64,000 nucleotides of DNA from Candidatus Cloacimonadota bacterium (GTDB lineage Bacteria; Cloacimonadota; Cloacimonadia; Cloacimonadales; PWNZ01). The notes under the pieces were generated by a model. The model was not told where the DNA came from and ran no database searches. It saw only the letters and a list, made by a program, of their open reading frames with translations. The stretch spans positions 9,875-73,874 of the forward strand of contig PWOA01000103.1 in NCBI GenBank assembly GCA_003564155.1, in the 5' to 3' direction. Shown here in pieces: positions 28,658 through 37,591 of the stretch (the first letter of the stretch is position 1; every line of letters starts with the position of its first letter). Position numbers and translations under genes: made by a program.

Positions 28658-29485
28658 TTAAAGGTCGATATCTTCGTCATAGTTTCCAATGATTTCCTGA
28701 GCTTCAATTAATTGTATAAAGCCTGTACCTTTTTTATTAAAGTTTATGTTGTTTTCGTTAAGCAGCTTGACTAACCTATGAGCCAATTCAGAATCATTAA
28801 TATGGCATAAAATTAAATATGACTCTTTTTTCTTATTTTTATCAGAATAATAAAGACCTGAAAATACTGGTATATCGTATGATATTCGATTACTCAACGA
28901 AGAGACTTCTATTACCGACGCATTTGTTATTCCCAACTCAACTAAAGTTGATAGTAAATCATTAAGTCGATGTGGTAAGTGAAAGGTGATAATCATTTGA
29001 TATATTTTCTGAGGTTTATCAGATACTTCATCATCTTTATCGAATTCTTCTAAAATCTCAATGACTTGACCGGGAGTGTTCACATTTTTTAGTTTATTTT
29101 TAAATACTCCATTTTTCAACAGACGGGCTGACTTAGCTAATAGTTGTAAATATTCTTTATTATGTTTATCGGAAGTACCAAAAAAGAAAACAATATTTAC
29201 ATCTCCGAGATCCGGGTTTCCATAATCAAGACCATCTTTAATAACAACTATGCTCAGAAAAAGTTTTATCACTGAATCGGATCTTGCATGGGGAAGAGCT
29301 ATGCCTGGTATTAGTTCCGTACTTGATAATTCTTCTCTTTCTTTGAGTAATTGTAAAAAAACTTTATTGCTCATAATATAGTCAAGGTTATAGAGATGGT
29401 TAACCATTTTCTCAAAAAGCTCATCTTTATTTTCAACGTGAGGATTAATAAATATGAGATCTTTGTTTACATAGTGAGATAACAT
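28658..29485 (-). CDS. PTS EIIA(Fru/Ntr)-like domain fused to a PII-like domain, copy 1
   Basis: The EIIA motif is PGIALPHARS and the C-terminal PII-like module reads MIITFHLPHRLNDLLSTLVELGITNASVIEVSS...GFIQLIEAQEIIG. It is a paralog of 26578-27396. Confidence 0.7.
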   Translation of the reverse strand: MLSHYVNKDLIFINPHVENKDELFEKMVNHLYNLDYIMSNKVFLQLLKEREELSSTELIPGIALPHARSDSVIKLFLSIVVIKDGLDYGNPDLGDVNIVFFFGTSDKHNKEYLQLLAKSARLLKNGVFKNKLKNVNTPGQVIEILEEFDKDDEVSDKPQKIYQMIITFHLPHRLNDLLSTLVELGITNASVIEVSSLSNRISYDIPVFSGLYYSDKNKKKESYLILCHINDSELAHRLVKLLNENNINFNKKGTGFIQLIEAQEIIGNYDEDIDL

Positions 29486-29545
29486 ATACTCTCCTAATTA
29501 TTAAGTATCATACATCTAAATATTTTGGGAAATATGCATGCCAAG

Positions 29546-30595
29546 TTAATTCCTCATTTCCCGTTGACGTCTTAAATGATCTTGATAGGTTTTCGTGAAT
29601 ATGTGTCTTCCTCTGTTATTGGCAAAGAAGAAAAAGTATTCGGTCTCTTGAGGTTGAATGGCTGCTTTAATTGATAAAATCGAAGGACTGCAAATTGGTG
29701 TTGGGGGTAAACCATGGTATCTATATGTATTATAAGGAGAATCAATTTTTAAGTCATTATAATAAATTCTTTGTCTGACAATACCTTCTTCTCTTAATGC
29801 ATAGGCGACTGTTGGATCAGCCTGAAGCCGTTTATTAATTCTTAAACGATTATGATACACTCCAGCTATCAATGGTTTCTCATCGCTGAAAGTTGCTTCT
29901 CTTTCAACGATCGATGCTAAAACTATATAATTATATAAATCATAAGTCAAGCCCTTGGTATTGACTATAGTATTGATATTTTCGCTGCTAGCGACCTGTT
30001 TACCTTTTTGTTTAAATTTGTGAATAAAGGGTAAATCTAGAGTAGATAATTGATTTATTAACTTATTTACCATAGAGTTAATTATGTATTCTTCGCTTAT
30101 ATTTTTAGGAAGTCTGTAAGTATCGGGATAGAGCAGTCCTTCTAAAGATTGGATATTTAAACCGGCTAATTCCTTAGCAAAAAGTGAATCATAACATAAT
30201 GAAACAAATCTATCGAAATCAGCAAAACCGGCATCGGAGAAAACTGAGGCTGTTTGTTTAATAGTTAAACCTTCAATAATTGTCACAGGATACAGTTTAA
30301 CTTTGCTGTTTTCAAGTTTCCAAATGACTTTTTTCATGGATTGATGTCCGGGGAAATGGAATTCACCATAGCTAAGTTTCTTTTCACAATCGGCTAATTT
30401 TGTATAGACTAAAAAGAGGGTTTTATTACGGATGATTTCATTTTGATAAAGAATTTGTGCTATGCCGCTTGCAGTTGTACCTTCAGGGATATCAACAACT
30501 ACTTCATTATTACCATAGGGAAGATATATTCCAGCTGCTAATAAAGCAAAAATGATTATGAATATAGATAAAGGTATTATAATTATTAGCTTCAT
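29546..30595 (-). CDS. mltG: endolytic murein transglycosylase MltG (YceG family)
   Basis: It has an N-terminal TM anchor. YceG motifs are LASIVEREA, VYHNRL, LQADPTV, SPYNTYRYHGLPPTPICSP and FFFA...GRHIFTKTYQDH. Confidence 0.9.
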   Translation of the reverse strand: MKLIIIIPLSIFIIIFALLAAGIYLPYGNNEVVVDIPEGTTASGIAQILYQNEIIRNKTLFLVYTKLADCEKKLSYGEFHFPGHQSMKKVIWKLENSKVKLYPVTIIEGLTIKQTASVFSDAGFADFDRFVSLCYDSLFAKELAGLNIQSLEGLLYPDTYRLPKNISEEYIINSMVNKLINQLSTLDLPFIHKFKQKGKQVASSENINTIVNTKGLTYDLYNYIVLASIVEREATFSDEKPLIAGVYHNRLRINKRLQADPTVAYALREEGIVRQRIYYNDLKIDSPYNTYRYHGLPPTPICSPSILSIKAAIQPQETEYFFFFANNRGRHIFTKTYQDHLRRQREMRN

Positions 30596-30604
30596 TGCTT
30601 TAAT

Positions 30605-31063
30605 TCATCTTTGACGGCTATGTTCAAATTGATTATGATCATTAAGATGATTTTGTAAAATTATTGAGGCTGCTATTTGGTCGATAATTCCTTTATTTTT
30701 GCGATTCGAACGATTACTCTTTTTATGTGAATGATGATTTAACAACAACAATTCTTTCGCTTCTGCCGAAGAATATCTTTCATCATAAGTTGTTATCTCG
30801 ACGCATAATTCAGAACGTATTTTTTCTATGAATTTTTGGATGATGTTAGTTTGTTTACTATTTTTCCCATCAAGATACAATGGAAGCCCGACAATAACTT
30901 CTTCGACATTTTCTGTAGCTATTATCGTCTTCAGTTCATCTATAAGGAGGTTAAGACCATTGTTAATAATAGTCTTATATGGTGAACTAATTAACTTTAA
31001 AGGATCGCTCAACGCTAATCCAACACGTTTACTCCCGTAATCTATAGCTAAAATTCTTTTCAT
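30605..31063 (-). CDS. ruvX: Holliday junction resolvase-like pre-16S rRNA nuclease RuvX (YqgF)
   Basis: ILAIDYGSKRVGLALSD, VGLPLYLDG and YDERYSS are characteristic of the YqgF family. Confidence 0.9.
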   Translation of the reverse strand: MKRILAIDYGSKRVGLALSDPLKLISSPYKTIINNGLNLLIDELKTIIATENVEEVIVGLPLYLDGKNSKQTNIIQKFIEKIRSELCVEITTYDERYSSAEAKELLLLNHHSHKKSNRSNRKNKGIIDQIAASIILQNHLNDHNQFEHSRQR

Positions 31064-31303
31064 AAATAGTTTGAAATAAAAGTTTTTAAAAATATTGAGT
31101 TTGTTTGTGCCAAATCACAAGTAAAGAATTGTTGAGAACAAGAGATAAAAATTCCTTTAACATGAAAAAACTATTTCGTAAGTGTGTATGATCTAATGCT
31201 ACTGTAAAACTATGAGACCGATAACAGATATCAATACTACTGACAAAGTGAATATATAGATAAACAAATAAATTGTCGGATATTTATCATAAAAACTCTA
31301 ATT

Positions 31304-31960
31304 TTATATGTTAGATTCATCGCGCCAAATAATGATTTCCCATTTATCACCTTCAGGTCTTAGATAAAAGCGAGCATATCCATCAGCTGTGATGTTTGAC
31401 GTCCCAAAAAGTGTAAGGACTAGATTAAAATAAACTGGGATAATAACCCAATCTTCACGACCTGCTTGATTATCTGACTGCCAAAATTCTTCCTGAGGTA
31501 TGATTAAATTTAAAAATATATTATCTGGTGCAGGTATAGATCCATCTGAAGATCCTCTTCCGAAAAGGTTGCGATGATATTCAACCTCTTGAGAGTAGTC
31601 CCACCAGCTATCTTTAATTCCGTCGCCATCCATATCTACACCTATTTCATCAGTTTCTACGGATAATAATTCAAACCGAAATGATTCTGATAAACAATCG
31701 ATAAAAAGGTCTAAATCCTGAGTGTTATAGGAAGTTTCTAAATTGTCTAATACATTTCTGGGAGTTATATTATCTCTTCTAATCGGTTCTTTGTTTTTTT
31801 TAGAAATATCCGGATTAAAAGGATTCTTACAACCAACTAGAAATATCATTAAAAGAATTATTAGCCAAAACATCCATTTTTTACCAGTATAAACCTTATC
31901 ATGTAAGGTGAATGTGTTAGTTAAAAGATATAGTTTGACGTGATTTATTTTAGGATCCAT
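31304..31960 (-). CDS. lipoprotein of unknown function (paralog of 31950-32543)
   Basis: The lipobox is LVGC. The true start may be the internal Met at 31873. The C-terminal core (SDNQAGREDW...ARFYLRPEGDKWEIIIWRDES) is shared with the upstream gene product. Confidence 0.5.
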   Translation of the reverse strand: MDPKINHVKLYLLTNTFTLHDKVYTGKKWMFWLIILLMIFLVGCKNPFNPDISKKNKEPIRRDNITPRNVLDNLETSYNTQDLDLFIDCLSESFRFELLSVETDEIGVDMDGDGIKDSWWDYSQEVEYHRNLFGRGSSDGSIPAPDNIFLNLIIPQEEFWQSDNQAGREDWVIIPVYFNLVLTLFGTSNITADGYARFYLRPEGDKWEIIIWRDESNI

Positions 31961-32543
31961 ATTCGTACTTCAGTCTTCCCCAAGTATCATTATCATCTTT
32001 TCGATAATCTTCCCAACGATATATTCTCCAGAAACCATCATCTTCTCTTCTGACAAATATTGTCATACTGCCGGAAAAAAATCGGTTGGTTGCATAAACA
32101 GAATAATTTCTGTTGTATATTGCTTGTTCTGCTTGAATTATATCTTCTTTATCCGGAATATTTTCCAAATTCACTCTGATTCCGATATCAATCAATTCTC
32201 TCATGTTAATTTCCGCACTTTTATCCCAGTAAACGGGCAAACTATAGTCCTGAATGTCTTGACTGTCAAAATAAAACCTGAAATCATTGCTTAAAACCGA
32301 TCCATATCTGCCGGAATTTTCTTTATAATCGTAAGCAAAAACAAGATTTTCCAGTGTTTGATCTGCAATAATCGGGAAATAATTCCATTCAACTTTACCA
32401 ACGGGTTCTTCAGCGGTTCGGGGTTCAAATATGTTACAACCCCATATAACCATTATTATGGTAATGGTTAAAAAGATTTTCAACGGCTTACTCGTCTGCA
32501 CCTTTACTTTCTTCTGATTCCTCTTCTTCAGAAAGGTTTTCAA
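31950..32543 (-). CDS. lipoprotein of unknown function (paralog of 31304-31960)
   Basis: The lipobox is VIWGC. The layout resembles its neighbour (LENLVFAY...FRFYF...FVRREDDGFWRIYRWEDY). It overlaps the neighbours on both sides. Confidence 0.5.
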   Translation of the reverse strand: MKTFLKKRNQKKVKVQTSKPLKIFLTITIIMVIWGCNIFEPRTAEEPVGKVEWNYFPIIADQTLENLVFAYDYKENSGRYGSVLSNDFRFYFDSQDIQDYSLPVYWDKSAEINMRELIDIGIRVNLENIPDKEDIIQAEQAIYNRNYSVYATNRFFSGSMTIFVRREDDGFWRIYRWEDYRKDDNDTWGRLKYEYGS

Positions 32544-32823
32544 TTTCCTTGTTTAATGCTTCAATAGTTTTATACAAGGATTCAATTCTTTTAATGTTTT
32601 GTTCCAACACAGGAAATTGTGTAAAGTCAGCTTTATGTTGATAAATATAATCACCTACATGCGCTTTAACATCTTTTATGTCTCCTTTTATGGAACTCAC
32701 TTTCAATTTCAATCGCTGATGTTTAGAGAATTCTTCCACTCGGTCAAAAGTTTTAGAAAGTGCTGATTGAACTTCTTTACGTACATTTTCCAACAATGAT
32801 TTAGTATCCATATTATCCTCCAA
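32488..32823 (-). CDS. small coiled-coil protein with acidic tail, unknown function
   Basis: A 111-aa ORF with heptad-like charged sequence. It heads the same-strand run of two lipoprotein genes. No recognised motif. Confidence 0.4.
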   Translation of the reverse strand: MEDNMDTKSLLENVRKEVQSALSKTFDRVEEFSKHQRLKLKVSSIKGDIKDVKAHVGDYIYQHKADFTQFPVLEQNIKRIESLYKTIEALNKEIENLSEEEESEESKGADE

Positions 32824-33297
32824 AAAATGATATTTCTTTCATGATCTGTACTGACCTGAATAAAATATAAGCTAGTAATCTGTCAAGAACAATAACTTAT
32901 TAAGCATAGATCAATTATTATATCTCAATAATCTTAATTATTTTGACCGGTATAGTCGATAATGACCATCAGATGTAGATACATTAGCTTCTTTTATAAG
33001 CTGATCTTAGGACGATCAGTGAACCATGATACTATTCATGTGAAAAGATGATCTCATCATCTAAAGTCTGTGTATTTATAAAATAATTTGTCTGTTTATA
33101 TCGTAAAGATACAGAAGAAAGATTGAGAAAAGAAATATATGGCATAACATATAGTTATGTATCCTTGACAAAGATGTTGACATAATAATCTAAATTAATC
33201 TTGGTAATAGATAAAGCCGGCTGTCAGTTGATAAAGATATATTTGAACGGTAACTTCAAGCTATTTATTATTTTAGAAAATTTGGAGGAAATAAGGA

Positions 33298-34959
33298 ATG
33301 GATGAGACTTTTGAAATGTTAAACGAAGAGTATCAAAAATTAGTTGAAAAAACTTTAGCAAGATTTAAAGAAAGAAAAGAGGAATTTGTAACCACTTCCG
33401 ATGAACCAGTAAATCGTCTTTATACACCAAAGGATATTGAGGACGTAAACTACAATGAACAAATAGGATTTCCTGGACTATACCCTTTCACAAGAGGAGT
33501 GCAACCTACAATGTATCGAGGCAGATATTGGACGATGCGTCAATATGCAGGTTTCGGCACTGCTAAGGAATCGAATATCAGATATAAGTATCTTTTGGAT
33601 AAAGGACAAACTGGTCTTAGTATAGCCTTTGATTTACCGACACAAATGGGCTATGATAGTGACCATCAGATGAGTTTGGGGGAAGTGGGTAAAGTTGGAG
33701 TTGCCATAGATTCTTTAGCAGATATGGAGGTATTATTTGATGGAATTCCTCTTGATAAAGTTTCAACATCTATGACCATAAATTCACCTGCCTGTATACT
33801 CTTGGCTATGTACATAGCAGTTGCAGAAAAACAAGGAATTCAAGGCGATAAGTTAAGCGGAACAATACAAAATGATATACTTAAAGAATATGTAGCCCGG
33901 GGAACCTATATCTTTCCTCCACGTCCATCAATGAAAATCATCACAGATATTTTTGCCTATTGTGCCCAAAGTGTTCCTAAATGGAATACTATCTCTATTT
34001 CCGGTTACCATATAAGAGAGGCTGGTTCAACTGCCATCCAAGAAGTTGCTTTTACTATTGCTAACGGTATTGAATATGTTAAAGCAGCTATTGATAGCGG
34101 TTTAGATGTAGATGATTTTGCCCCCCGGCTTTCATTTTTTTTTAATTCTCACAATGATCTATTTGAAGAAATCGCTAAGTTTCGAGCAGCTCGTCAACTA
34201 TGGGCTAAAATTATGAAGGAGCAGTTTAATGCAAAGAAACCGAAATCTATGATGATGCGTTTTCACACACAAACTGCCGGGTGCACATTGACTGCTCAAC
34301 AACCGGACAATAACATCATAAGGGTGGCAGTCCAAACATTAGCTGCTGTTTTAGGCGGAACTCAATCTTTACATACGAATTCTCGTGATGAAGCATTGGC
34401 TTTACCAACCGAACATTCTGTTCAAATAGCTTTAAGGACACAACAAATTATTGCTGAGGAAAGTGGAGTTACCAATACTATAGATCCTTTAGCCGGCTCA
34501 TACTTTATTGAGTCATTAACTCAAAACATAATGCAGAGGTCAGAGGAGTTGATTGAAAAAATCAGTATAACAGGCGGGATGATTAAGGCCATCGAAAAAG
34601 GTTTTGTTCAAAAACAAATACAGGATAGTGCATATAAATATCAAAAATCCATTGAAGATAATGAAAGAGTTATCATTGGTGTTAACAAGTATAAAACTCT
34701 TGAAACAATCAAACCTGATCTTCTTTCAGTAGATCCCAGAATAAGTGAAGGTCAGATAGAAAGATTACAAAAGATAAAACAAGAGCGAGACAATCAAAAA
34801 GTCGCTAAACATTTAGACATTATTCGACAGACAATTAAGGATAATCAAAATATCATGCCTTCAATCGTTGAAGCAGTAAAGTCTTATGCGACACTTGGCG
34901 AGATATGTGATGTGATGCGCGATGAATACGGAGAATATCAGGAGACTGTAGTTCTATAA
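33298..34959 (+). CDS. methylmalonyl-CoA mutase family, large catalytic (substrate-binding TIM barrel) subunit without B12-binding domain
   Basis: 553 aa. Motifs are [50 protein letters not shown] and [13 protein letters not shown] lies upstream. It ends before the linker and cobalamin domain. Confidence 0.92.
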   Translation: MDETFEMLNEEYQKLVEKTLARFKERKEEFVTTSDEPVNRLYTPKDIEDVNYNEQIGFPGLYPFTRGVQPTMYRGRYWTMRQYAGFGTAKESNIRYKYLLDKGQTGLSIAFDLPTQMGYDSDHQMSLGEVGKVGVAIDSLADMEVLFDGIPLDKVSTSMTINSPACILLAMYIAVAEKQGIQGDKLSGTIQNDILKEYVARGTYIFPPRPSMKIITDIFAYCAQSVPKWNTISISGYHIREAGSTAIQEVAFTIANGIEYVKAAIDSGLDVDDFAPRLSFFFNSHNDLFEEIAKFRAARQLWAKIMKEQFNAKKPKSMMMRFHTQTAGCTLTAQQPDNNIIRVAVQTLAAVLGGTQSLHTNSRDEALALPTEHSVQIALRTQQIIAEESGVTNTIDPLAGSYFIESLTQNIMQRSEELIEKISITGGMIKAIEKGFVQKQIQDSAYKYQKSIEDNERVIIGVNKYKTLETIKPDLLSVDPRISEGQIERLQKIKQERDNQKVAKHLDIIRQTIKDNQNIMPSIVEAVKSYATLGEICDVMRDEYGEYQETVVL

Positions 34960-34988
34960 TATTGATATTTTTTTTCAACACTAAACAA

Positions 34989-35066
34989 TGGTCGGGATGA
35001 CTAGATTTGAACTAGCGACCTTTCGGTCCCGAACCGAACGCGCTGACCGAACTGCGCTACATCCCG
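34989..35066 (-). tRNA. tRNA-Pro (anticodon CGG)
   Basis: The reverse complement is CGGGATG-TA-GCGC-AGTTCGGTCA-GCGC-G-TTCGG-TTCGGGA-CCGAA-AGGTC-GCTAG-TTCAAAT-CTAGT-CATCCCG-ACCA. This folds into a perfect cloverleaf of 78 nt with an encoded CCA. Confidence 0.92.
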
Positions 35067-35174
35067 ACACATGCTCTAAAAATAATTTAGATCCTTTCTT
35101 GTCAATAGTCAAATCTTAGATAACTGTAGTCAAAACTGTTCAGGCTAAAAATATAACAAAATCACGGAGGAAAT

Positions 35175-36161
35175 ATGTTAAAAATCGGAGTAGTTGGAGT
35201 AGGTCATTTAGGTCAACATCATGTTCGAATATTTAAAGGAATACCTGGCTGTAAATTAGTCGGGATATACGATAAAAACGAACAAAGAGCTGCAGAGATC
35301 GCAGATAAATATGAGGTTAAAGTTTACTCCGAATACGAAAAACTATTAAATGATGTCGATGCAATTGACATAGTTGTAACTACATCTTATCACTATAAAT
35401 TAGCTAAAACTGCACTTGAAAAAAGTAAACATGTATTCATAGAAAAACCAATAACTTCTACATTAGACGAAGCTAAAGAATTGTTAATTATAGCCAAAGA
35501 AAAGAATTTAGAAATTCAGGTTGGACATATTGAAAGATTTAATCCCATTGTGATCAAAGTAGCGCCTAGAATAGAAAATCCAAGATTCATAGAGGCTCAT
35601 CGACTTGCTCCTTTTTCACCTCGAGGAAGTGATGTTTCGGTAGTTCTTGATTTAATGATACATGATATTGATTTAATACTGAGTTTTGTTAAAAGTACTG
35701 TAACAGATATTCGAGCTACCGGTGTTAGGATTTTAACTCCTAGTATTGATATTGCTAATGCTAGGCTGGAATTTGCTAACGGAACTACTGCGAATGTCAC
35801 TGCCAGTAGAATCTCTACGAAGCGTGAGAGAAAGATACGTTTCTTCCAAAGCGATGCATATCTTTCATTAGATTTTCATAATAAGAATGTAACAATTCTG
35901 AAAAGAGGGAAAGATTTTGATAAGCTATTGCAGGACTTATTATTAAACAAAAATAATGTTAATACCGATGATCTTGTTGACCTGCAGGAATTAGATGCCT
36001 CTGACATTAAAAAAGATGCACTGACATTGGAGTTAGAGTCTTTTGTTGATTGCATTTCATCGGGTAAGAAGCCAACGGTTGATGGCAAAGCTGGCACTGA
36101 AGCATTAAAAATTGCTTCGGAAATATCTAATGAAATAAAAATAAAAGACTCTACAATGTAA
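35175..36161 (+). CDS. Gfo/Idh/MocA-family NAD(P)-dependent oxidoreductase
   Basis: The N-terminal Rossmann motif is KIGVVGVGHLGQHH. A conserved EKP motif (FIEKPI) and a C-terminal alpha/beta domain are present. Confidence 0.85.
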   Translation: MLKIGVVGVGHLGQHHVRIFKGIPGCKLVGIYDKNEQRAAEIADKYEVKVYSEYEKLLNDVDAIDIVVTTSYHYKLAKTALEKSKHVFIEKPITSTLDEAKELLIIAKEKNLEIQVGHIERFNPIVIKVAPRIENPRFIEAHRLAPFSPRGSDVSVVLDLMIHDIDLILSFVKSTVTDIRATGVRILTPSIDIANARLEFANGTTANVTASRISTKRERKIRFFQSDAYLSLDFHNKNVTILKRGKDFDKLLQDLLLNKNNVNTDDLVDLQELDASDIKKDALTLELESFVDCISSGKKPTVDGKAGTEALKIASEISNEIKIKDSTM

Positions 36162-36266
36162 ATCGAGTTGTTAATATTTGTTTATATCTCGTAATAATTA
36201 TTGGGTACTTATTTTACCTCATATCTTTTATTGTAATTAATAATATTTAAGGAGCTGTAACTTTAT

Positions 36267-37562
36267 ATGGAGACTGTATTAATACATAATATAAGTGATT
36301 ATCTTGATAAAGAAGTCAAATTAAGGGGTTGGGTCAGAAATGTCCGTTCATCTGGAAAACTGATTTTTATCATTATTCGCGATGGCAGTGGAGAATTACA
36401 AGCAATTGCATTTAAGCCTGACTTAAATGAAGAGACCTTTAATAAAGCAAAGTCACTAACTTTGGAATCTTCTTTAGAAATAACCGGTATCCCCAAAAAA
36501 CATCCCAAAAAACAAGATGTTTTCGAATTAGCAGTTACTGATATTAAAATAATCCAGATTGCTGCTGAATATCCCATTTCTAAGAAAGAACATGGAACAG
36601 ACTTTTTACTCACACACAGGCATCTATGGTTGAGATCATCTAAGCAATGGGCACTTATGAGAATCAGACATACTGTGTACTATGCTATTTGTGATTTTCT
36701 AAACAATAATGGTTTCTATCGTTTTGATTCACCTATTCTGACTCCCAATGCGTGTGAGGGGACAACAACTCTTTTTGAAGTACCTTACTTTGATGAGGGA
36801 ACAGCTTATCTGTCACAATCGGGTCAATTGTATCTCGAAAACGGTATAATGAGTTTAGGCAGAGTTTATGATTTCGGACCTGTTTTTAGAGCTGAAAAAT
36901 CTAAATCTCGTAAACATCTCACTGAGTTTTGGATGATGGATGCCGAAGCGGCTTTTGTCGAGCATAATGAAAGCATGCAAATTCAAGAGGAATTGATTAG
37001 ATTTGTTTTGAGAAAAGTAATCAAAGATAATCTTGCAGATCTTAATATACTGGAAAGGGATGTCGAATTATTAAGAAAAGCAGATGCCCCATTCAAAGTT
37101 ATAACTCATAAACAGGCAATAGACTTGTTACGCGATAAGGGAATCAATATCGGATATGAGGATGATTTTGGAGCTGAAGAAGAAACTATGTTAACCCGGG
37201 ATCTTGACGTACCACTTTTTATAGAAAAATGGCCGAAAAGTATTAAAGCTTTTTACATGAAACGAGATCCCAAAGATAGGAACTTAGTTCTTGGCAGTGA
37301 TTTGATGGCTCCACGTGGTTTTGGTGAATTAATCGGTGGTTCTCAAAGAGAAGATGATTATCATCTTCTTAAACAAAGAATGATCGATGAAAAATTGCCC
37401 ATGGCACAGTATCAATGGTATTTAGATTTAAGACTTTACGGTTCGGTTCCTCATAGCGGTTTCGGTATTGGATTAGAGAGATTAATTGGCTGGTTATCCG
37501 GAGTCAAACATATAAGGGAAACAATTCCTTTCCCTAGAATGATTTACCGTATATACCCTTAA
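36267..37562 (+). CDS. asnS: asparaginyl-tRNA synthetase (short form)
   Basis: An OB-fold N-terminus is followed by class II motifs. Motif 2 is FRAEKSKSRKHLTEFWMMDAEAAF and motif 3 is GFGIGLERL. The length of 431 aa fits the short form. Confidence 0.92.
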   Translation: METVLIHNISDYLDKEVKLRGWVRNVRSSGKLIFIIIRDGSGELQAIAFKPDLNEETFNKAKSLTLESSLEITGIPKKHPKKQDVFELAVTDIKIIQIAAEYPISKKEHGTDFLLTHRHLWLRSSKQWALMRIRHTVYYAICDFLNNNGFYRFDSPILTPNACEGTTTLFEVPYFDEGTAYLSQSGQLYLENGIMSLGRVYDFGPVFRAEKSKSRKHLTEFWMMDAEAAFVEHNESMQIQEELIRFVLRKVIKDNLADLNILERDVELLRKADAPFKVITHKQAIDLLRDKGINIGYEDDFGAEEETMLTRDLDVPLFIEKWPKSIKAFYMKRDPKDRNLVLGSDLMAPRGFGELIGGSQREDDYHLLKQRMIDEKLPMAQYQWYLDLRLYGSVPHSGFGIGLERLIGWLSGVKHIRETIPFPRMIYRIYP

Positions 37563-37591
37563 ATTATACAGAAAATATTTAGATTATTATA

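Noticed and set aside
32824-33297. A possible cobalamin riboswitch upstream of the mutase gene.
   Set aside because: No B12-box-like GCCACTG core or the surrounding conserved helices were visible. Only two short perfect hairpins are present.
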